This document shows positions 45,800 to 54,775 of a DNA stretch of 64,000 nt, one piece after another. Source of the DNA: Gammaproteobacteria bacterium (GTDB lineage Bacteria > Pseudomonadota > Gammaproteobacteria > Steroidobacterales > SZUA-146). Made by a program: the position numbers and the translations under genes. The DNA is taken from positions 15,139-79,138 of the forward strand of contig JBGCFV010000018.1 of the NCBI GenBank assembly GCA_045107075.1, given 5' to 3'. How positions within the stretch are numbered: the stretch's first letter is position 1; every line of letters begins with the position of its first letter. The notes under the pieces were generated by a model. The model did not search any database and had not been told where the DNA came from. It saw nothing but the letters and a program-made list of their open reading frames with translations.

Positions 45800-47767
45800 C
45801 TAGTCTCGCTGCACCCATGTCGCAATTTCACGCAGAGTCGGGTAGTCAAACAAATCACTTACGTCAAGCTTGCCAGGAAAGCGTTCTTCAATGGCAAGAG
45901 ATATTTCTGTTAGCGTTAAAGAGCTCACGCCTGCTTCAAACAAATTGTCGTCCGGACCAATTTGCCCTTCGGTTACGAACTCCGACGCTATGCTCACAAG
46001 CTGACTACATACGTCACTGCCTGCTTCCGTCGCATTGCTTTCAGACGCCTCTGTAGAGGAAGCTGAGGTTACGCCTTCTGCTTCAAGCGTGTGATCAAAC
46101 TCACCTCGCATAAAGGTCTGGGCCAACTGGTGTCTTTGAATTTTTCCACTGGTGGTTTTTGGAATACGGGGCACCGGTACAACCAGGTCTGCCTCAAGTC
46201 CTGTTTTGGCGCTAATCTCGGCACGAAGTTCTTTGGCAAGTGACGCAAAGTCGGCAAGCTCTTTTCGAAACAAAACAAACACAGCAATCTGTTCGGTCGT
46301 ATGCTCGGGCAGCCTTACAGAAGCGACCGCAACTTTGCCAAGCTCGGCGCCGCTGGTGGAACTGACCGCGTTTTCTATATCGTGGGCATAGAAATTTTGG
46401 CCGTTGCTAATTAGCACGTCTTTAATACGACCCACAATCATCAGTTCGGGTTCGCCATTATTTGAAGAGACCAATGCACCAGAGTCGCCGGTGCGTAACC
46501 AGCCGTCTGCGGTGAACATGGCCTGTGTCGTCTGCTCGTCGCCGTAAATACGCTCAGTCACGCTGTCGCCTTTGAGTTGCAGATGCCCGATGATGCTGGC
46601 TGCTATTTCCGCATCGTTGTCATCAACTAGTCGCAGCTGTACGTCGCGTATGGGAGGACCAACGTGAACGAGGTCAATGCCTTCGTCGTCGGTAACCGCC
46701 TCAATTCGTGCTCCGATGGCTACCGATTCACGATGTATACGTGTGCTCGTGTAGAGTGTGCCAGGTTTTGAAAAGCTTACCCCTACCGTTGCCTCGGCTA
46801 AACCGTATACAGGTCTCATGGCTGTTGCAGGCAGACCGGTTGAGGCGAGCGTGGCATTAAACGTGTCGCATAACGCGCGAGAAATGGGTTCGGCACCGTT
46901 GAGCATTTGTCGGACGTGCGACAGGTCGATATCGTCGATTCCTTTTCGTTCCACCGCTTTCAGGTAGTGCTGGTAGCCGAAGTTGGGAGAACACAATATA
47001 GTGCTCTTGCGCTCGGCGGCCATAGACAGCCACAGCTTCGGTCGTCGCACGAACGCGCTTGTGTCCATAATGGCGTGGTGCATTCCGGCAGCCAGTACGC
47101 TGAGATGAAAGCCAATTAACCCCATGTCGTGAGTGAGCGGCATCCAGCTTAGCGCTTTGTCTTCTGGGCCCCATCCACCCGCTTCGATAATAGCGCGCAC
47201 GTTGGTCGTGACGTTCTTGTGTGTGAGGCAGACGCCCTTCGGGTCGCCGGTGGAGCCAGAGCTGTACTGAATAAACGCCAGGTCATCAGGTGTCGGCTTG
47301 GAAAGTTCTGTCGGTGCTGAATCGTTATCTTCTATTGAGGTGATCCAGCGAGCTGATTCTTTGAGCACGACGGGCATGCTGTCGTGGCTTTCGGCGAATT
47401 CGTGCAAACGAGTAGACAGATCAGCTGTGGTAAAGACGTAAGCGCTGCGCAGTTGCCCGACAATACGCAGGAGCTTGTTGCGGTGTTCATCGCTAATGCC
47501 AACCGCCACCGGAACAGGTACAAGTCCGCCCAGTACAGCCGCCCAGAAGGCAATGACAAAGTCTTCGTTAGACTGCGTATGAATGACGAGTTCGTCGCCG
47601 ACCTTCATGCCCCGTGCTTGCAAGAGCGCAAGTAATTCGCCTGCTCGTGACTTGAGTTGAGCCGGAGTTAGCGTAGTGGTCTGATCTTGTCCGTGAATAA
47701 ACTCAATCACGAGGTCAGAAGAGAGCTGACTGTCCAATAGATCATTCAGCGTCGAATGCAGCGGCAT
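45800..47767 (-). CDS. Fatty-acyl-AMP ligase (FAAL) fused to a C-terminal acyl carrier protein domain
   Basis: Adenylation core IQYSSGSTGDPKGV. FAAL-type MPLTHDMGLIG, YGLAEAT, GWLRTGD, and GRIKD. C-terminal carrier motif LFEAGVSSLTLTEISLAIE. Confidence 0.85.
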   Translation of the reverse strand: MPLHSTLNDLLDSQLSSDLVIEFIHGQDQTTTLTPAQLKSRAGELLALLQARGMKVGDELVIHTQSNEDFVIAFWAAVLGGLVPVPVAVGISDEHRNKLLRIVGQLRSAYVFTTADLSTRLHEFAESHDSMPVVLKESARWITSIEDNDSAPTELSKPTPDDLAFIQYSSGSTGDPKGVCLTHKNVTTNVRAIIEAGGWGPEDKALSWMPLTHDMGLIGFHLSVLAAGMHHAIMDTSAFVRRPKLWLSMAAERKSTILCSPNFGYQHYLKAVERKGIDDIDLSHVRQMLNGAEPISRALCDTFNATLASTGLPATAMRPVYGLAEATVGVSFSKPGTLYTSTRIHRESVAIGARIEAVTDDEGIDLVHVGPPIRDVQLRLVDDNDAEIAASIIGHLQLKGDSVTERIYGDEQTTQAMFTADGWLRTGDSGALVSSNNGEPELMIVGRIKDVLISNGQNFYAHDIENAVSSTSGAELGKVAVASVRLPEHTTEQIAVFVLFRKELADFASLAKELRAEISAKTGLEADLVVPVPRIPKTTSGKIQRHQLAQTFMRGEFDHTLEAEGVTSASSTEASESNATEAGSDVCSQLVSIASEFVTEGQIGPDDNLFEAGVSSLTLTEISLAIEERFPGKLDVSDLFDYPTLREIATWVQRD

Positions 47768-47768
47768 A

Positions 47769-49079
47769 TTATGAAGCCCTTGAAGTAATATTGAGTCGTA
47801 TCGCGTCGCTTGAACGCAGGTTTATACCGAGCTCCAGCTCGGGGTGAACATCCGTTTGCGGCTCTAACTTAAACTTTGGTAGAAGCGTCGCGAGCATCAA
47901 CTTCATTTCCATAAACGAAAAATACTCGCCGAGACAGCGGCGGGGTCCGAGCGAAAAGGGCAAGGATAAACCATCTTCAATGGATTTGTCTGGTGCGTAA
48001 CGCTGGGGTTCGAAGCTGTCAGGGTTGGGCCAGTGTGCCTCGGTGGTCTGCAGAACCAGCGGCGAGATATAAATATCGGTACCTTCATGAATGACAATAT
48101 CGTCAAGTTCGAAAGCAGTCACTGCACGTCGCGTAAACAGCCACACCGGCGGATACAGGCGCAAGGTTTCGTCAAGCACCTGTTGAGAGTATGTAAGCGA
48201 CATGAGTAATGCGGCATCTACTTCCTCGGCGGGTGAGTAGAGTGACGCGTATTCAGCTAGAAGTCGGCTTTCTACTTCAGGGTGGGTCGCAATGAGATAC
48301 CACGCCCAGTTCAGGGTGCCCGCTGACGTTTCGTAACCTGCAACTGTGAGTGTGATGATTTCGTCGAGCAACTCTTTGTCGGTAAAGCCAACGCCTTCTT
48401 TGTCCTTTTGACCCATTAGCATGGTGAGAAAGTCGTAGTCAGTTTCAGCCGGTTGCTCACGCCGTTGTTCGATAATGGCAAGAATGAGTGAGCGTAACTC
48501 CCGTACCTGCATCACAACTCGCAAGTCACGGGTTGAGTCTTCGCTTAGGAAAGCGAACGGATTAGTGCCGTTACTGACAATTGAGCGGTCGTAGTCTTCA
48601 CCAAAAATGGCGCGCAAGATTAACTCGAGTCCGGCGTCGTTCATTTCCCGGGTGACGTCTACGTCTGCATTTGACGCTGCAAGTTCTGTCCAGCGCTGCG
48701 CACGATTAAGGCAGCAGCTATGCATCATTTGCAGAAGCTTGTGCAGGTGCTTACGTGAGAACGCTGGTTGAATCATGCGTCTCGAACGTCGCCAGGTTGT
48801 GCCGTCGCTTACAATCAGTCCGTTGCCGAGCAGCATTTTGACGCGCTCAAAGCCCGGGCCTTTGTGAAATTTGTCGTGGTGTTTTACCAGCAGGCGGTGA
48901 ATTAGATCGGGTTTATTAATGAACAGTCCACGTCGTCCGCTGGCGCGGTTGATGGCCACCACGTCGCCGTACTCATGCTGCAGCGTCCGCAGCAAGTCGA
49001 GACTCTGCGGATCGATGCCCAGAGCGACCGGGTCGGACGGCCCGGGAACGGTGTTTTGATCAGAATCGGGAGTGCTCAT
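47769..49079 (-). CDS. Cytochrome P450 monooxygenase
   Basis: I-helix AGYETSAG, K-helix ETLRLYPP, heme loop FSLGPRRCLGEYF. The stop codon lies 1 nt from the FAAL-ACP start. Confidence 0.92.
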   Translation of the reverse strand: MSTPDSDQNTVPGPSDPVALGIDPQSLDLLRTLQHEYGDVVAINRASGRRGLFINKPDLIHRLLVKHHDKFHKGPGFERVKMLLGNGLIVSDGTTWRRSRRMIQPAFSRKHLHKLLQMMHSCCLNRAQRWTELAASNADVDVTREMNDAGLELILRAIFGEDYDRSIVSNGTNPFAFLSEDSTRDLRVVMQVRELRSLILAIIEQRREQPAETDYDFLTMLMGQKDKEGVGFTDKELLDEIITLTVAGYETSAGTLNWAWYLIATHPEVESRLLAEYASLYSPAEEVDAALLMSLTYSQQVLDETLRLYPPVWLFTRRAVTAFELDDIVIHEGTDIYISPLVLQTTEAHWPNPDSFEPQRYAPDKSIEDGLSLPFSLGPRRCLGEYFSFMEMKLMLATLLPKFKLEPQTDVHPELELGINLRSSDAIRLNITSRAS

Positions 49080-49183
49080 GAGCCAGTGCTGAATCTACGC
49101 GACGTTACGCAGGCTGCAGTTTACAATGACGCAGTCATGACCGATAGTGCGCCTAGGCTGGCAGCGGACTTGAGACCTACCTG

Positions 49184-49930
49184 ATGACCGACCAAAAACA
49201 ATCTGACGACATAGAGGCACGCCGGGGCAAATCGTCGCGACGTCGTATGACGTTCGGAAGACGAATGTCTTACGTTATTGGCATACCGCTGCTGCGCCTG
49301 ATATTGAGGCTATTGTGGATGAGCTACCGGGTTCAGCCTGTCTCGGTTCCACCGAGCGTGGCCAAGCTGATGGACAATAACACCCTGTTTGCGCCGTGCT
49401 ACTGGCATCAAAATCACATTTTATGCACCAGTACCATTAAACAGTGGATCAAGCGTGGTTTTAAAGCGGCCTTTCTAATCTCCGGGTCGGTCGACGGCGA
49501 AGTGCCGGCGAGTGTTGCTACTGCGTGGGGAGCGGAGGTCATTCGCGGCTCGTCAAATACTTCCGGTGCGCTTGTGCTACGCGACATGCACGCCACCATG
49601 AAACGAGGTGTGTCTATTGTCACCACGGCGGACGGTCCTTTAGGGCCGCAGCACCACTTCAAAGAGGGTGCTGTCCTCATGGCCCGAATTGGCGGAGCGC
49701 CGCTGGTTGCGCTGGGCTGTGCCGCCGACCGGGTCTGGGTGCTGGATCGTCGATGGGATAAATTCATTATTCCTAAACCGTTTGCGAAGGTGGCCATCTG
49801 TGTCTCCGAGCCGATTGTTGTGCCCAAATCAGCTCCGGCTGACCAGCTTGAAAGCTACCGTCAGGCCATGGAAGACGAGATTAATGCCCAGTCTGCCCGA
49901 GCTCGAGAGCTTTTAGGTCCCGGGGGCTAG
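49184..49930 (+). CDS. DUF374-like protein (lysophospholipid-acyltransferase superfamily)
   Basis: 248 aa. N-terminal basic/TM segment, then YWHQNHIL..LISGSVDGE..WGAEVIRGSSN..G, resembling DUF374 (from memory). Divergent from the P450 operon across a 104-bp spacer. Confidence 0.6.
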   Translation: MTDQKQSDDIEARRGKSSRRRMTFGRRMSYVIGIPLLRLILRLLWMSYRVQPVSVPPSVAKLMDNNTLFAPCYWHQNHILCTSTIKQWIKRGFKAAFLISGSVDGEVPASVATAWGAEVIRGSSNTSGALVLRDMHATMKRGVSIVTTADGPLGPQHHFKEGAVLMARIGGAPLVALGCAADRVWVLDRRWDKFIIPKPFAKVAICVSEPIVVPKSAPADQLESYRQAMEDEINAQSARARELLGPGG

Positions 49931-49942
49931 GGGGGGCTAGGA

Positions 49943-50045
49943 GGCTAGGGGTCAAGTCTTCCCATATCCCATTTTAGTCCGATGGCGGATGTTAGATGGA
50001 TGCCACAGCACAAAAATGGGATATGGGAAGACTTGACCCCTAGCC
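49943..50045. repeat. Perfect 33-bp inverted repeat with 37-nt loop (MITE/REP-like hairpin element)
   Basis: GGCTAGGGGTCAAGTCTTCCCATATCCCATTTT at 49943-49975 is the exact reverse complement of 50013-50045. It is preceded by GGCTAG repeated three times (49925-49948). Confidence 0.9.
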
Positions 50046-50161
50046 TGACCCCTAAGCCGCGACGCTTCTGGCTGAACGTTGAGATTTCAGCAAAATTAAA
50101 TGTAATGTTTCCGGATGCGCTGCGACTATAGAACTGACAGGGAACACATCGGGACTGGCTT

Positions 50162-50656
50162 TTGGCAGCTGACCAGGAATTTCAACAGATACTGAACGAT
50201 CACGCGCCGATGATTCAGCGTATCGCCCAGACCTATGAGCGCCGGCCGGCACTTGTACAAGAGATTGTGCAGGAAGCTGCATTTGCGCTCTGGCGGGCGT
50301 TGCCCAAATTTCGCGGTGATAGCTCAATGCGTACGTTTGTTGGTCGCATAGCTCACAATGTCTGCGTGAGCCACGTCCGCAAAGAGTCTAAAAGCCGCTA
50401 CGATGAACTTCCCGAAGCGCTGGCTGATCCAAAGCCTTTGCTTGACGTCAAGGCCGAGCAGGACTCGCGCCGGGAATGGCTGCTTGCAGCCGTTCGAGAA
50501 CTACCTCTGAGTATTCGTCCGGTTGTAACGCTTCACCTTGAAGGGTTTAGCAATCTCGAAATTGCTGACGCACTGGCGCTTACCGCAAACAATGTTGGCG
50601 TCCGTCTAAATCGGGGACGGTCACAGCTTAAAGCCCGTATTGAGGCATCCAAATGA
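50162..50656 (+). CDS. ECF-type RNA polymerase sigma factor
   Basis: Region 2 (IQRIAQTYE..EIVQEAAFALWRAL) and region 4.2 (GFSNLEIADALALTANNVGVRLNRGRSQLK). TTG start. Confidence 0.88.
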   Translation: MAADQEFQQILNDHAPMIQRIAQTYERRPALVQEIVQEAAFALWRALPKFRGDSSMRTFVGRIAHNVCVSHVRKESKSRYDELPEALADPKPLLDVKAEQDSRREWLLAAVRELPLSIRPVVTLHLEGFSNLEIADALALTANNVGVRLNRGRSQLKARIEASK

Positions 50657-51267
50657 ACGACTTACCAGATCACCCAAATAACGACAACGTTGACGATATG
50701 AACCTGCAAGATCTTTGGCAGGAAACACCGCCCGTAAACGTTGATGACCTGGTTAAGAGCGTCAAGAGCGCTCACCGAAAAATGCGATTTTATGTTTACT
50801 ACGAACTCGCATCATCTGTATTTGGCATATTCCTGTTCGTGTGGATTTTTAAAGAAAATCTCTTTGAAGATCAACTGTGGATTCCGATTCTACTAGGCGC
50901 GCTGGTTTTCTTGATTCAGGCTTGGGCGTTTACGTGGCGGAGAGGTTTGTGGAATGCTTTTGCCAGGTCACCCGAAGAACTGTTTCAACTAAAAAGACGT
51001 CACTTATTCCTTGATATAAAGGTGGCGCGTTCGATTTATGGCGGCATCGTAGGCGGTGGCGCGGTAGGTGCCCTCGCAGCGTACTTCTCCAGCGGTGACC
51101 GTCATTTCGAGCTCTCGGAGTTCGCGCGCGGTTCGATTTTAACGCTCGTCGCTTGTTCAGCCGTCTACTTTTTTATCTGGGGTGTTCGAAAAGAAATTAA
51201 GGCGCGTAAGCAGCTAAAAGAATTGGAAAAACAAATTAAGGAGTACGAAAGCTTCGAAAGTTTGTAA
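50653..51267 (+). CDS. Polytopic membrane protein coupled to the ECF sigma factor (candidate non-canonical anti-sigma)
   Basis: ATGA overlap with the sigma gene. 204 aa with about 4 TM helices. No HxxxCxxC zinc anti-sigma motif. C-terminal coiled-coil KQLKELEKQIKEYE. Confidence 0.6.
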   Translation: MNDLPDHPNNDNVDDMNLQDLWQETPPVNVDDLVKSVKSAHRKMRFYVYYELASSVFGIFLFVWIFKENLFEDQLWIPILLGALVFLIQAWAFTWRRGLWNAFARSPEELFQLKRRHLFLDIKVARSIYGGIVGGGAVGALAAYFSSGDRHFELSEFARGSILTLVACSAVYFFIWGVRKEIKARKQLKELEKQIKEYESFESL

Positions 51268-51322
51268 TGTTTTAGAAACAACGACGACTAGGTAATTACA
51301 CATTCACAAAAGCGTAGTCGTT

Positions 51323-52747
51323 ATGAAAACTAAAATAGCCGCAGTGCTAATACTGCTAATGGTAATCGGATCACTTGGGGTTCCAGCTAAATCGTTAAGT
51401 CATTTGGCAACTGATGTTGCTTTAACTTCATGTCACGTAAAGAGCATCGAAGCCAAAGCACGGTGTGCGAAAATTTCGGTACCTGAAGACTGGTCGACTC
51501 CCGACGGCAAACACATCTCACTTTACGTTGCAGTAGTTCCGCCAAGTGGCGGCCAACCGAGCAAGGCACCGCTGTATGTTCTCGCGGGTGGCCCGGGGCA
51601 GGCTGCATCCACCCTTGGTCCAAACGTCGATATGGGTCTTGCAAAAGCAAGGCGCGGGCGTGAGGTGATTCTGGTCGACCAGCGTGGCACAGGTATGAGT
51701 TCACCTTTCGATTGTCCGTTTAGCCTGGACCCTGATATTAAAGGTGGTGAGTATGCACGCTCGTGCCTGAACTCAACGAATAATCAACCTGAGTTTTACA
51801 ACTCCGACGCGTTTATGCTCGACCTGGACGCGGTGCGTAAAGCCTTGGGTCACGAGCAAATCAACTTGCTGGGTGGCTCTTACGGAACACGTGCCGCGCT
51901 GTTGTACTTACGCAAATTTCCGCAGAACGTACGCTCAATTGTGCTGGACGCGGTCGCGGCACCTGAAACGGCTTTCTTCGAGCAGTTTCATGCAAGCGCG
52001 GCTCGCGCCTTGAACAAACTGTTTGCTGACTGCGCGGCCGACACCGACTGTAAAGAGGCCTATCCCACTTTGCGTGAGCAGTTTAGTCAGGTAGTGAGTG
52101 ATTTAAATCAAGCACCTGTTATTCGACACCGACCACAAACGCTGGAAGTCACTCCAGACATTTTTCTCAACGCGCTTCGCAACGCGCTCTACTCTCCGCT
52201 TACTACGGCTCAGATACCGCTCGTTATTGACGCTGCAGCAAATGGAAACTTTGATCCGTGGAGTGCGATAGCGGGTGGTATGAATTCAACGTACGTCGAC
52301 ATGTCGATTGGAACGATGCTGTCAGTGCTGTGCGGTGAAGAGCTGCATACAACTTCGCCTCAAGCCATATCGCACGCCGGGCGCGGCGGCGCATTTGAGG
52401 GGGTTTCCATGGATTTCTGGTTCGACGCCTGTGCGGTATGGCCGCATCAGGTTGCGGATGAAGGCTATCGCGATCCGGTTGAATCTGACATTCCTGTGCT
52501 GCTGTTATCTGGCGCGCAGGATCCTGTTACGCCGCCGGTGTTTGGCGACGTCGCCGCGTCCAGGCTAAGTAACTCGGTTCACGTTGTTGCCCCGTACGGC
52601 GGCCACACCATTGGTGCGTACTCGTGCGTACCGCGTCTGATTGCAGACTTTCTCGATAATCTCGATCCCGCAGCGATAGACCCAGGCTGTTTGGATGACG
52701 TTACCCGCGAACCGTTCATCGTTAGTCACTACGGCCCGAAGCCCTAG
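51323..52747 (+). CDS. Secreted alpha/beta hydrolase, S33 tripeptidyl/prolyl-aminopeptidase-like
   Basis: Signal peptide, nucleophile elbow GGSYGT, and C-terminal PVLLLSGAQDPVTP..GGH (TAP-like). Confidence 0.8.
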   Translation: MKTKIAAVLILLMVIGSLGVPAKSLSHLATDVALTSCHVKSIEAKARCAKISVPEDWSTPDGKHISLYVAVVPPSGGQPSKAPLYVLAGGPGQAASTLGPNVDMGLAKARRGREVILVDQRGTGMSSPFDCPFSLDPDIKGGEYARSCLNSTNNQPEFYNSDAFMLDLDAVRKALGHEQINLLGGSYGTRAALLYLRKFPQNVRSIVLDAVAAPETAFFEQFHASAARALNKLFADCAADTDCKEAYPTLREQFSQVVSDLNQAPVIRHRPQTLEVTPDIFLNALRNALYSPLTTAQIPLVIDAAANGNFDPWSAIAGGMNSTYVDMSIGTMLSVLCGEELHTTSPQAISHAGRGGAFEGVSMDFWFDACAVWPHQVADEGYRDPVESDIPVLLLSGAQDPVTPPVFGDVAASRLSNSVHVVAPYGGHTIGAYSCVPRLIADFLDNLDPAAIDPGCLDDVTREPFIVSHYGPKP

Positions 52748-52798
52748 TAATAAGCCAGCTACAAAAAGCTAAAAGAAATCTGGATAAGGAACTCAGCA

Positions 52799-53524
52799 AT
52801 GATTGAACTACAAAAAATGCATAAATCCTACGGCGACGTTCACGCGGTAAATGGACTCAGCCTGACCGCGAACGACGGCGAAATCACAACGCTTTTGGGT
52901 GCTAACGGCTCGGGCAAGTCGACCACGCTGCGCATGCTTGCCGGAATCATTAAACCCGACGGCGGGCAGGCTCTGGTTGATTCGATTAATGTTGCTGCAC
53001 ATCCGATGAAGGCCCGCAGACGACTCGGCATGTTTGGCGATCAGTTTGGTTTGTACCCAAGAATTACCGCTTTCGAGCACCTTGAGTATGTTGGCGGTTT
53101 TCACGGTTTAAGTGGCAAAGCCTTAAAGAACTCGGTTGCCGAAATTAGCGAGCTGTTGCAAATGACCGATTTGCTCGACCGTCGCACGGAAGGGTTTTCT
53201 CAAGGCCAGCGAATGAAAGTGGCGTTAGCCAGAACGCTGGTGACCAAACCCCAGAATCTGGTTCTCGATGAGCCTACTCGCGGTCTGGATATCATGAGCA
53301 TGCGTTTGTTGCGGTCGGTGTTGAAAGACCTGCGCGATTCAGGCCGGTGCATTTTGTTGTCCAGTCACGTCATGGCCGACGTTGAAGAACTGTCCGACAA
53401 GATCGTGTTTCTCGCAGCAGGGCAGGTTGTGCACACCGGATCGGCGTCAGAACTGATGGCCATTAGTGGTACTGCATCGCTGGAAGAAGCGTTTATTTCG
53501 ATGATTAACACACACGCGGCTTAG
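52799..53524 (+). CDS. ABC transporter ATP-binding protein (NatA-like)
   Basis: Walker A GANGSGKST, signature FSQGQRMK, Walker B LVLDEPT. Confidence 0.9.
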   Translation: MIELQKMHKSYGDVHAVNGLSLTANDGEITTLLGANGSGKSTTLRMLAGIIKPDGGQALVDSINVAAHPMKARRRLGMFGDQFGLYPRITAFEHLEYVGGFHGLSGKALKNSVAEISELLQMTDLLDRRTEGFSQGQRMKVALARTLVTKPQNLVLDEPTRGLDIMSMRLLRSVLKDLRDSGRCILLSSHVMADVEELSDKIVFLAAGQVVHTGSASELMAISGTASLEEAFISMINTHAA

Positions 53525-53533
53525 GGGCTTGTC

Positions 53534-54685
53534 ATGAAATTACTGTTTAATGTTATCCGCAAAGAGTGGCGTGACGCGACACGTGATCGTCGCAGTATTA
53601 CATCTTCTTTGTTATTCGCCGTTTTGGGTCCGTTACTGATTTTTTTCTTGCTTGACTCGTTGGCAGACGATGTCGATAGCACCGACGCACTTCCCGTAGC
53701 GGTTGTGGGTGCCCAGTACGCACCCACAATGATTGCAAAGTTGGCAGAGCAGGGTATTGCCTGGACCAGGTACGAGAGCCTTGAGGCTGCGCGCAGCGCA
53801 GCGCCTGAAGTGCTTGTCACTATTCCTGACGACTTCAGTGATCGCTATCTTGACGGTGTTCCGGTCGATGTAGCCATTACGGCGAATTTCAAGAATTCGA
53901 AAGATCAGGCGGCAGCGCTGCGCGTCGAGAAAATCATGTCAGGCTACGGCAACAAGATTAGCTACTCACGCCTTATTGCAGCCGGGGTTGCACCGGATTC
54001 CGTTCGAGCCATCAAGGTGACGACGTATGACTCGTCACTGGCGGGTGGGCGCGCGTCACGCATTAGTGATTCGATGATCTATATGTTTTTGTTGGCGGCG
54101 TTTGTTAGCGGTGCACTCATGGCGGCTGACTCGATAGCCGGTGAGCGGGAGAGACATTCGTTGGAGTCTCTGTTGTCGCAACCTGTGAGTCCTCTGACCC
54201 TTACCGCCGGAAAATGGATTGCCGCTGCAATGATTAGCGGCATAGTCTCGACGGCCACGGTGGCGATCGGTGGCCTGGTTTTGGCCGTCGCGCCGCTTGA
54301 AGTGTTGGGCCTGCGCATTGTTGTGAGCCCGTTGAGTATCTTAATGGGCGTTCTGGTGCTGTTGCCGTTAGCGCTAATGGCTGTTGCGATGCAAATGTTC
54401 TTCGCGGCCCGCGCTCGCACGTACCGCGAAGCCGGAATATACGCACAGTTCACTTCGTTTCTTCCCATTGTGGTGGCGGGAACCGTGATGATAGGCAATG
54501 TTGACTACGGCACGCTGGGCCAACTGCTTCCAATTACCAGTCAGACTATGGCTTTGAAAGACGTCCTGCTGGAGGGGCGGCCAGCGTTTCGGGCGTTTTT
54601 TGGCGGATCACTCACGACCCTGTTGGCTGCCGCTGCGTTTGTGTGGTTTACCTCAAAACGACTCAGTGACGAGCGCAGTCTGTAG
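53534..54685 (+). CDS. ABC-2 permease with large extracytoplasmic loop (NatB-like)
   Basis: 383 aa. TM1, an exoplasmic loop of about 150 aa, then 5 TM helices. Confidence 0.8.
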   Translation: MKLLFNVIRKEWRDATRDRRSITSSLLFAVLGPLLIFFLLDSLADDVDSTDALPVAVVGAQYAPTMIAKLAEQGIAWTRYESLEAARSAAPEVLVTIPDDFSDRYLDGVPVDVAITANFKNSKDQAAALRVEKIMSGYGNKISYSRLIAAGVAPDSVRAIKVTTYDSSLAGGRASRISDSMIYMFLLAAFVSGALMAADSIAGERERHSLESLLSQPVSPLTLTAGKWIAAAMISGIVSTATVAIGGLVLAVAPLEVLGLRIVVSPLSILMGVLVLLPLALMAVAMQMFFAARARTYREAGIYAQFTSFLPIVVAGTVMIGNVDYGTLGQLLPITSQTMALKDVLLEGRPAFRAFFGGSLTTLLAAAAFVWFTSKRLSDERSL

Positions 54686-54775
54686 GATAAACTTTTGGAA
54701 GTTTTACAAAGTTGGGCTTGCGAAGGCTCGCAGGAGTAGACATCATCGTCTTTGGTTATTTAAGAGAACAGCGCT

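Noticed and set aside
49080-49183. Tiny RiPP-type precursor ORF upstream of the P450 (biarylitide-like).
   Set aside because: The only mini-ORF on the P450 strand encodes MTASL. It lacks the aromatic and His residues expected for P450-crosslinked peptides.
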